From contig CAIIXF020000001.1 in assembly GCA_903813345.2 (NCBI GenBank), forward strand, positions 10,664,001-10,728,000: a stretch of 64,000 bases of DNA. The letters run 5' to 3'. This document shows, piece after piece, positions 53,530 through 64,000 of this stretch. Each line of letters begins with the position of its first letter. Position 1 is the first letter of the stretch. A program made the translations under genes and the position numbers. Origin of the DNA: Owenia fusiformis (taxonomy: Eukaryota). The notes beneath the pieces are model-generated. The model saw only the letters and a list, made by a program, of their open reading frames with translations, did no database searches and was not told where the DNA came from.

Positions 53530-53731
53530 GTAAGTGACAAAGATCATAATCCAAACACTGTTAGAGAGGATCAGAACTGTTAACCTCATGTGATTGTAAA
53601 CATGCCGAATATAATTGTATTTCAAAATGAATATCATCATCGTTCACATTTATGCTGTGTCAGTCTTCAGCTTGTGGAAATTGTTTTGATAAGTTTTCAT
53701 GGTTCAAAACATGTTATGTTCATTCTTTCAG

Positions 53732-54137
53732 GGGCCCTTGGCGTGGTTTTGCAGGAGGCGACTTCACCCACCCCACAGAACATAAACCAATGGTGATCGA
53801 CATCATAGGTTGCCACAGGGAAGTCACCGTCTGCGGGCATATAGAGCTGTTAAGGAGGCTACCGATCAGACACCGCAACCACCTGCAACTGATGGAGACG
53901 TATTCCCGGGAGCCGGGCAACTACGAAGGGAGACACAGCGAGTATTATGACAGCCACGCGAAGCTGCTGGATTACGGCCACGGATATATTGCTCTACGGT
54001 TGTACGATGATATAACCAGGCCTGAGCTTGGAGAGTTCCTGTTGGGGAAAGGTTGGAAGATGATCGGTTTTGCTGCAAATAAGGATGGGAATAAAACAAT
54101 TATCACCGAGAAATGGTGCAATATTAGAGACCATTGA
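53732..54137 (+). CDS. Terminal coding exon of an uncharacterised protein, KCTD C-terminal/GFRP-like
   Basis: Acceptor cattctttcag; ~135 open codons, GC-richer than the flanks; REVTVCGHIELL and LGEFLLGKGWKMIG..TEKW parallel the KCTD1/15 C-terminal pattern. Confidence 0.75.
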
Positions 54138-54993
54138 TGAACACGATATTTAAGCTGATGATGGACAATGTGCATTCGATATTGCGGGGGATGGAGGAAC
54201 TTCATCGGTGGAGTGTATATAGTTAGCATATGTAATCGTCTCATTTGCAAAACAGATTAGATACGACGTAATATAGTGTTCAACAGTACCAAAATATCTT
54301 TAGGCAGTACATGATCTATTTAGCTGATCTTCTTCCATATCAACTTCCTTTTTATCTGCAACCCTGCCCACAGGAAATGGCTTTCAACATTTTCTTCATT
54401 CTAGGCTTCAACTCGTTGCCCAAAGGCTCTGTTTGGCACTATTCCAATGGCTAAACTGGTAATGCCATTAGTATTTCAATCAAGCCGAAGCAAATATCAG
54501 AATTAAATCTGATGATCAAATTTGAAACTGCGAATACTTTGGATATTATAGCCATTAAAAAGTATAGGATACACTCATATATATGATTGTCAAAATTATG
54601 TGGGATGCGAGTCAAAAAGTATATCATACTACCCCACGTGACCACATTTAAAAAGGATACAGGGTACAGTTAAGTTGCAAATGAAGCGGGCCTTCTCTAT
54701 CTTTGTCCATTGAGCTTTATTGGTAATAATGCGTTGCAAACTGCCCGATGGATCTATACAATGTATAGTAGAACACTTGGAATATATGTAAAATCTAGTA
54801 TACCTCAGAACTATGAAAATAAACAAACGCCCTCCATTTGCAACTTCACTGTATCTTGTATTTCTTTTAAAAGAAGACAGGATACAGTATGGGGTCTAGT
54901 AGTGAGTATATAAGTATGAATAAATAACTACAACTACCATGTTGTCATTCATTGAGTCTTATTTAGTTATTTGAGGCTCTTTCAGGCAAATGT

Positions 54994-55097
54994 TAGCCTT
55001 GCCCCAAGTCGGTCTCTTTTACTTATCTTGATTTCTATTATGACCGTAATAATTCAAGATCAGATAAAGTAAAAAATACCGACTTGGGGCAAGGCTA
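54994..55097. mobile_element. 104-bp MITE with 9-bp TSD
   Basis: TAGCCTTGCCCCAAGTCGGT TIRs, TSD GGCAAATGT. Confidence 0.88.
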
Positions 55098-55885
55098 GGC
55101 AAATGTCAATGACATGATAAATGAGACGCTATTTCCTAAAGTTCTAATGTTTGTAATAGTTAGTCACGAATCCTCCATTTATATCCTTCTGGCCATATTC
55201 TCGTTAAAGATAAACTGATAGACTGAAGTTACCATGTTGAATAAACGGTACATAAAAACTGTGAGTTTAATGCTGGTGTGACTCAAGGATCAATCCTGGT
55301 TCCCTTATTGTTGGAGAACGTAACATGGGAACCTATAGAATCATTCCGATGAATAATTCCCTCTGGTCTGTTTGACTACTTATTCACTTGCGTTAAATGT
55401 TGGACATGACCTATTTTTAAATTGTTATGTCGGGGTTTTTAGACTATGCGGCAAATTTCCGCACCTGGAACTACGTGCGATGTATTCAATACGTGCGAAT
55501 GGCGAATAAAACACTATATTCGATATACGCTGTGTTAACAATAAGTAGATCAAATCAACGTTTTTTACACAGACAGCAATTCCCACAATGTACAAATTGA
55601 TACACCATTCAATTATATTTCAACTCTAAAATGACTTGTGTAATACATGTTTATATATATTTTATTTCCATGAAAGGGGAACGGGTAGCTAAGGATCAAT
55701 ACTAACTACTAACTACTACATAAGTTAACAAATAGGAGACGAGAGATGTAAGATACGCCAGTTACGCACAGTTAAAGAAATGTCTCAACTTGAAACAACA
55801 CTCCGTTGCTTTACATGACATCTATTTTCCTAAATTACAACTGTCACATTCTCCACTCTCTAATTGGTCTCTGTCTTACATGTGA

Positions 55886-56296
55886 CTAGGAAATGATATA
55901 CGATGCCACGTCATCCTTGCTCCAAGGGTATTTCACTTCTTTCTGTATTGAGTAAGAAATGAAGTCCTTTGAATGAAGGATGAACCACATTCTCCGGTTG
56001 TGAGTTTGTCCAGTGTAATATAAACCATATTCTTGAACGAAAATTGAATCAGTTTTATTCAGAGGCATGACTTCGAAATAAAAGACGATACAGATACTTA
56101 GTAAGACAAGCAAAGCCGCATTTATGGTAACCCTTCGAGAAAGTGAGGAATATTAACAGCGAATAATAAAAACACATATCTAATTCTATTTCCGATAAAT
56201 ACCTGCATCTTTTACAAGCAATATTTCCCGAAGCCCTCCATCTTTCACAAGTTTCATATTCTCCTTGCCATTCGGAATTCGAGGAATATTGCTCAT
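55886..56296 (-). CDS. Possible two-exon orphan ORF (~92 aa)
   Basis: 56296-56203 joined to 56070-55886 in phase 1 gives an open frame; weak donor, no recognisable domain. Confidence 0.25.
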
Positions 56297-56928
56297 GAAA
56301 GATATTCACCTCAATAAAATAATAGAGATAAAATGTATATTTACAACAAAGACAAATGAATGGATTGTCTACCTCACTAGCAGGTCTAAATATCTAAACT
56401 TTTATTTTCTTGTAAACAACCGATGATATAAATCACATAAAATGTTTCTGTTTGCAATTCGCAAATCTATTTTTTCTTGTCAACCCAATTATCCATAAGT
56501 GGCATCGGTCCCTCGGGCGCAGGCGCAGATTCACTTTTCTTCCAAACCACAGGTGGGCAGACCTTCCAGACACACAATGGGACTCCTGCAATGTAACGTG
56601 CAGATGTATCAAATGAGATGGATGTACAATTGTGCATTTAATCGACAGTTTACAAAACTAAAGGTGTTAAGTCCGGGTGCCACTTACAAATATAGCTTTG
56701 TATCTAATATAAAAGCCATCAATCTTTGTTCTTCCCTACCACAAAAATCTAATTAGTTAACACAGAAGACTGAGCTCTATGAATTATAAGTTCAGATTAG
56801 TTTACAGGTTCTGAATGATACGTACTTTTAGTTTGTCGCATTCCTCGTTTATTCATCTCTTCGTCATCTAGCATATTATCTGGAACACAAACATGATAGG
56901 TAAATTTTTGCAATATATGCACATGTAT

Positions 56929-56991
56929 CATCTTCGTTCACTCGGCTCCCGTCGGTAGATGAACGCAGTGAAGATCGAGCGTGCGAAGATG
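56929..56991. mobile_element. 63-bp element with 9-bp TSD
   Basis: CATCTTCG..CGAAGATG ends, TSD CACATGTAT. Confidence 0.7.
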
Positions 56992-59051
56992 CACATGTAT
57001 TGAAACTTGATTGCATATAATCATCGTCTGATTATCTGACATGCATTTATAGCTGCTCTTTTTCTTTAAGATTTAATATGTAATAAAAAACTTAATTTTT
57101 CGTACCTAGTTACAACAGAAGTTCACATTTCAGATTAATGGTATAAACAAAAATACATTTTCTTATTGACTTCTTCAAACATTCCCTGGAAAACCCTAGT
57201 TGGAAAATGTAATGGTGTCGTGATTTGCAAATAAGCAGCCACTCAACCATTAAAGTTATCATGTTAGTGTACATTGCAAAACAATGTTTCTTAATTAAAT
57301 TATGTTTTTTTTGGGTTGTTATATTTTATTTATTCATTTCTCTTATAATAAATCAGGTATGTAGAGTATCTAATAAAGGGATGCACTGGAAAATTCAGGA
57401 ACGTTAGAACAACGAATTGTACATAGTATCTGTTTTATTAATGGTCTTGGTTTGGGTTAAAATTAAATGGAGCGTCAAATATTAAATTTTGAACCACGGT
57501 TAGTATAACATCCAGTAGAAACGGTGTAACGTCCTCTTGTTCACCGTGATCAAATAATTTGTTTAATATAATTGATACCAAGTTATGATATGCTCGTGTA
57601 GTAATGAAATATATCGTATCAGTTATCAAAACACATTACCACGTATGAATGTAGGCAATGAATGAGAAAATTAGCTGAAGATTTCTGTTACACTTTTGTC
57701 ATCCTCTGTTCAATCGCCATCCAACATTTGCCTTGAGGTCTCTCTATTTCGTCGCTTTCCCATTTGGTAATATTTGTCTTAATAGGCAGTGTCTAATTTG
57801 ACACTAATACGTATGCCTGCTCTAATGGAATTAGAAATTCCCAATTATTTATTTGTTTCAACAATGATACAGACAATAAAACGCCAGATTTGCATTCTGT
57901 TGAAATTTCATTAGATGTTTACGCATTCATCATATTTATCATATTTCATTTTTCCTAATGATATGTGAAAGAACGAACCACTATTTTACAATATGACATT
58001 TAGTTTTGTGAAGGCGTTTTTTGTATTACTGTTACTGATTAGAAGATGCATACAACTTTAATGATATCTCCGTTTATTTGGCGATTAACCATATAACGAA
58101 GCCAATTTATATGAAAGAGTGGGCCGTCCTAAATGAAGTCATCTCATGGTAATCGACAACGTAGCTGAACCGAAGTTCAATACTGTACTGGGGCATATTT
58201 CAAATTTTAACGTTCGAGGTTCTTACCATGTAAATATCGATTCCAAAGTCTTCGTAAAGGTACCTTCTAAAACCTCATTTGTATAATTACATGACATTTT
58301 TCATTTTAGAGCATTTAAGAGCGTCCTTCATGGGTCAAAACGTCAGAAATACGCCGTCACGCGCAACATATTACCTCTAGATTTGTTTCGGTGAAACAAA
58401 TGACTCATGATATGGCAACAAAGCTACAAGTTCAATTACTGCCCGCTTTTTACAGACTGAGCAATGATACTTTAAATGGAATAATCTGATTGAACGTTTT
58501 TTTTAAATTTTGAAAACAACGAACATTTCTAAGACAACGGCTAAGTCTTATGTAAGTTTTGCAGTGGAAGGCATATTTCCTTTAAGTCAAACGTAACATT
58601 CAGTATTTGAGTTATACAAGTTTATTTTGAAAAGTAGGTAGTTACACTCCCCTCCAAAAGTTTAACAACCTAAGCTCCCCAATGAACTACGTGTTAAAGC
58701 CTCTTCATGTTTGCATTTTTATTTACATAACCTATAAAGAAAAAACTACTTTTAGAGCTGGAAATATAAATTGACATCATTGACATAAACCGATGGGAAA
58801 TGGCGGGTTTGCCGCAATTCCTATGACAGAATATGTATCCATTTGAGCCCTTGCAAACATACAAGTTAGGTAGTCAATTGAATTTGTTAACTTTATTCCT
58901 AAGAATTTGATACATTTCTTCAGGCTCAAAAAAGTTGCAGGTCTTCAAAGTCAAAAATATTTTTCAAAAAACTCCTCTCATTGAAATAACACCGAAGGCG
59001 AAAATAACTTTGAAGCTCTGTAACTTTATAATTCAGAAAGTAAACTTTCTA

Positions 59052-59695
59052 CAGGGTGTCCCGAAAGTATGGGGCCCCCCCTAGGCAGACATATTCCAGT
59101 GTCCTCATAGTATGTGTCATATATCATTTTAAAGCTTATCCAAAGTTACATTGATTTGCCAAGTATCATGGTTTAACTCCCAAATAGGAAAAAGTTACAG
59201 TTATTTCAAAAGTTAGTGTTTTGTCAAAATAAAGTTAAAATTTTCACCACATTACTAGTCAATGAGTCCCCCCTTGGCCATGTTAACAGCAGCAATTATT
59301 TTCAAATATGACCTTAAAAGCCCTTCCAAATAGGGGTGTGGAATTTTATAACCCTCTTAAAACCTGTTAAGGCACTTTAGAAGAGTTTCCTTAGAGTTTC
59401 TACCCTCACCGTTCTCTTTTTCCAACTCAATACCCATCCGACCCAAAAAGAATTGCTGCTGCTAAGATGGCCCGGGAGAACACATTGACTATTGATTTGG
59501 TGTAAAATTGAACTTAATTTTGACCAAACACTAAATTTTGAAATGTCTGTAATTTTTTCACATTTGAGAGTTCAACCATGATACTTGGTGAATCAATGTA
59601 ACTTTGGATAAGCTTTAAAATGATATATGACACATACTATGACGACACTGGTATATGTCTGCCTAGGGGGGGCCCCATACTTTCGGGACACCCTG
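59052..59695. mobile_element. Tc1/mariner-type hairpin MITE (same family as 6936)
   Basis: TA TSD on both sides; near-identical to 6936-7577. Confidence 0.92.
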
Positions 59696-60454
59696 TATAT
59701 ACAGATTAATAAAAATATTTTTGGTGAATCTTTTACTGGGTAGATATTCTGAAATCAGATCTTCTCCGAACCCACCATTCCCATTGGTTTACATGGGTAT
59801 GACGATTTTCACAAATTCATCAAAATCATTAATTTTCTTATTGTTTTTGAAGGGGAAAAATTGGAGGTATTGGAAAAAAAGTCAAGTTACATTTCCATCA
59901 ATATCAAGTATTCTCCTCGTAGGTTATGTTCGTAGTGCAATGAGGGAGCCGAGGTTGCCAAACTTTTGGAGTGAAGTGTATTATACAATGGTTTCGTAAT
60001 TTTGTTTTTTGGTAATACGAAAGATGATGTTTTGTATCGATTTCAGTATAGGAAGCACCTAAACGTATATCTTTTAAATTGGAGACAATGGTTTTTCGAA
60101 CATTATGTCTTTTAACAAAATTCTTGAAATGAGCTGAAACCTGTAACTTGTGGCTAAACTAAATGCAATGTAAATGGATATAATTATCAGCAATTACATA
60201 AGCGAAAAGATTAAATGCAATCTAACAAAGATATATTAGTAATATTGATGAAATTACTCTCTATTTATGATTTTACAATAACTGCTTTGAATAAATACTT
60301 TTCTTAACATTCATTTTATCACTTCCTGCCATTTCTTGCGGAATTTGCCGACATTTTAACAAAAAAAGTTTTCAAATACTTCAATCTAAAATACACAATT
60401 TTTTATAATACCACTGTATTCTGAGATCATGATTTTAAAATAGTAGTCACCAAG

Positions 60455-61070
60455 TAAGTACCTTTTGATTAAGGAATACCAATAGAGAAAGTATTTGGAT
60501 GTACTAGTCCTTTAAGTACCTTTTTGATTAAGCAATACCAATTGAGAAAGTATCTTGGTGCAATATTCCTTTAAGTACCCTTTTGATTAGCAATACCAAT
60601 AAAAAGTATATGAATGTACCACTCCTTTAAGTACCCTTTTGATAAAGCAACACGTACCAAAAGGGAACGTATATGGATGTACTATTCATTTAAGTACCCT
60701 TTTGATTAGCAATACCAATAAAATGTATATGAATGTACCACTCCTTTAAGTACCCTTTTGATAAAGCAATACGTACCAAAAAGGGAACGTATATGGATGC
60801 ACTATTCATTTACCTTTTGATTAGCAATACCAAAAAAAGTATATGAATGTACCACTCCTTTAAGTACCCTTTTGATTAAGCAATACGTACCAAAAGGGAA
60901 CATATATGGATGTACTATTCATTTAAGTACCCTTTTGATTAAGCAATAGAATAGAGAAAGTATTTGGATGTTCTACTTCTATAAGTATCCCCTTGTTTAA
61001 GCAATACTAATAGATCCACTGTACTACTATACTCCTTAAAGTACCCTCTTGATTAAGCAATACCTATAGC
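60455..61070. repeat. ~58-bp satellite with alternating subunits
   Basis: TAAGTACCCTTTTGAT anchor recurs about 10 times. Confidence 0.9.
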
Positions 61071-64000
61071 CTAAAGTATTTCTGCGCCTTGGGGTAATTA
61101 CTAAGTATATTCATACATAAAAACGATTTATTGGCAATATCGCTTATTATTCCTTTAAAACGAGCCCTCTTGGCCATGATGGTAACATATATAAATCAAA
61201 GTATAGCGTGTGAGACGCACGTCTGTTCATTTTTATGATATACTTTGGGGCAAGATGATGTGATTGAAAAACCACAACCAGGATTGCCATAAAATATTAA
61301 ATACTTTTTTTAACAGATTTGTCACGATTGATTTGTCAAATTGTTAGGAAAAGGCCAACTTCTTAAAAGTTTGGGCAAACTAACTAGTCTCGGTTACGAG
61401 AACGAAGTTATCAGTCTACTGCACGTTACGCCTGCTTCGGACAATTGTTATACTAGTATTTTTACATATTGTAGATTTAAATGTCCTCTTTTGAATATTC
61501 ATAATTTAATTTGGGTGATATTTCTATATTTTTCATAGAAAGAATTATTAGCCCAGGAGACTCTTCTCTTTTAGCAATTTCTTTTGCGTCTCCGTTGATT
61601 TTTTTAGCTTGAGTCAAGGTTATTGGGGGTAGAGAGGGGCAAAGTTATGATAGTTGGAACTTGATGCCAATAAAATTAAAATTCATAAAATATTGATTTC
61701 TAGTATTTTATTTCATGAAAATCGAGCCTTTTTTGATGTAGTACATAAGTTATGAATTTATAAAGATAAAAAAAACAATTAATCGCCAAATATTCGCGAA
61801 TCGCGTTCTCTTCACGATTTTTTTTTTTTTTCAAAAAACTACTTAATGAATTTTATTTTACATATTCCTGAATGTCTATTTTTACCATTTTCCAAATTTA
61901 CGATTTTTTTTCTATTCTCCCCTACCTCCAATTTTTCAATTTTACTAAATTTCGATGAATGTGCCGTTGTCATGTGGTTGTTAGGTAACATCATTGACCG
62001 AAATTATATTGGAACAATACCAAGTCATACATTTATACATCTGCATACTAAATCACTGATTGGCATTTGTTGTACATCTTGAAATATGAACGCTAAAGTA
62101 GAACTTGAAATTGCTGACTGTTCAATTTCACGTTATATTGATTACATTGGGATTTCGCGATAACTGCTATCTTTGAAAGTGTATAACTTCAGTTCTAGAT
62201 AAGCTTATTCCATGATTTTATTTGAAAGATAATAGATTAGCAGCGAAGCATTTTTTGGCACCAAAGAAATTATTGTGAAAGAGAATTGACAATTTATCAC
62301 AAAATGTCAAAAATTCACACCTCCTAGGTCACGTTGACCTCGAGTTGACCTTTGTCGACCCCCTTTTTTAAAAAATCAAAAATTTTCTGAAGAGGAAATT
62401 GAATAAGGTTTAAAACAATACCAACAGATTGAAATCAGACAAGTAATAAAAAATCGCAGGGGGACCCCCCCTTCCCCTTGCGACTTAGAAGTTAACTCTA
62501 CTAGTAGAGTACTATAATGATGCATGATAAGCCGATCGTATTGAGCAATTCGGCGAAACCGCTTGTACCGAAAACAAATTGTTAAATCAATTTGGTAGTT
62601 GAATTAGTATAGGTTACATCTGCATTGTACCATTGTCGTGGGCATGAAGACAATGAGAGTTGATGGAACAAGCGATCACTGAGATTTAATCAATTTAAAG
62701 TATCTGAACCTCTTGGATGAATTGGGTAGAACGACAACTCAGTCAATGGGAGCTTATATTCGAAAATTAATGAATTAATATATTCTAAATAATAATTATT
62801 TCTGAAGTAAATCCACCTACCAATATTTAAGGAATGTCTTTTTTGGTTATTTCCATTAGTTTCGTAATCTGCCAATAAAGCTTTTCTTCCTTCTATGGGA
62901 CCTGATAACATTTTGTGAATCAGCATGTTTTCGCTGTTTCGCATTTCGTGTAGTGTATCTATGATATTTCCTAATGGATTGTCCTGTCAAGAGCAAAATA
63001 ACACAACGAATAAATTTTGATTTTAGCAAGTACTTTTCATTCCTGTTCAAGAGAGACAATCTGAAACAATTTTGTGAATTGTCCCAAATATTGTTATCCT
63101 CTAAGTCGCAATGGCGCAAATGAAATACAAGATGAACTATATGTTCACTGCCTTACCTGTTTCGTAAAAGATCGCTTCGTTCGTGAGATTGTAGCAGCTT
63201 CGTTTACAGAGATGAAGAAGCAACTGAAGACGAGGAAGGAAATCATATCCTGCTTTCCTCCCATTTTCTAGTTACTCCCGGTGCTAGTCTAAAAAACGTC
63301 TCTGCTGAGCTGCGTCGTTTTCCAAAGAGCGCTTCTTGTTAGTGATTATTGCGCCAAATAACAAGGTCCGGGTGAATATATCTAAATATATCCCATTACA
63401 TACTCCTCGTTGGATCTATATATCTTGTTAAATTCAATTGAATAAAACTAATGATAATACACAGGTATACTAAAATAGGATAACGCCCGGCTAAAGTGCG
63501 CTCCGAATGTGTGTGATTTATACTTCTTTTAGTAGTGATTTGAAACGAGAAACATCTCGCATCCTTTTATGACAGAACGTAGGGAAGCCTCGGGTCATTT
63601 TTAACATCGGAGTATCGAGATGTACCCAACTCCTACCCGTAAAACTGACGTAGAAATTAGGATTATCGTATCATCAAAGCTATTTTTGTCATGACAATTT
63701 CATTTAGGCCTTTACTTGGACATATATTGCGTCATGAAAATCAACATATTTATTACAAACCTACACTTTATTAATTATTAATTCAATAAACTAAATTAAT
63801 TTACTTCATTGTTTATTTATGATTAATTGCATTCATTTTTTCAAAACAATTATTTGATTAGTCTATATAATATACTATACTAGTACTAATGCTCCGAAAT
63901 CGGAGAAATTAAAAGAAAAACGACTTCGCTATTTCAGTACGATGTTACTAATCACAGGATAATCATTCTGATTTATAAGTCTCTCTTTCATCTATAAAGC

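Noticed and set aside
62690-63271. Overlapping short ORFs near the window end
   Set aside because: No recognisable motifs or consistent splice structure; flanked by repeat-end fragments

Overview
AT-rich, intron-rich animal DNA, probably from an invertebrate. The repeat types resemble those of molluscs and annelids, but the species cannot be determined from this window. Positions 993-44569 (minus strand) hold a receptor protein tyrosine phosphatase gene. I reconstructed 32 core exons by hand from GT-AG sites; they total 4680 nt (1560 codons) in one open frame, and the last exon lies beyond position 1. Domain order: signal peptide, F-type-lectin-like domain interrupted by a PAN/Apple-like exon, 3 EGF-like repeats, FN3 repeats, furin site, TM, active D1, pseudo-phosphatase D2. 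A divergent plus-strand gene ends in a ~135-codon exon (53732-54137) that resembles the KCTD C-terminal/GFRP fold. Five separate ATG-bearing, phase-2 first-exon candidates could splice onto it. Introns and intergenic DNA are rich in mobile elements: a 7.5 kb AcademX-like element with ~1.2 kb TIRs, two Transib-like CAC..GTG elements with 5-bp TSDs, a 3.6 kb element with a 6-bp TSD, Helentron-type (pearl-like) elements, Tc1/hAT-type MITEs, a tRNA-SINE and satellites. All family assignments come from motif recognition; no database searches were run.
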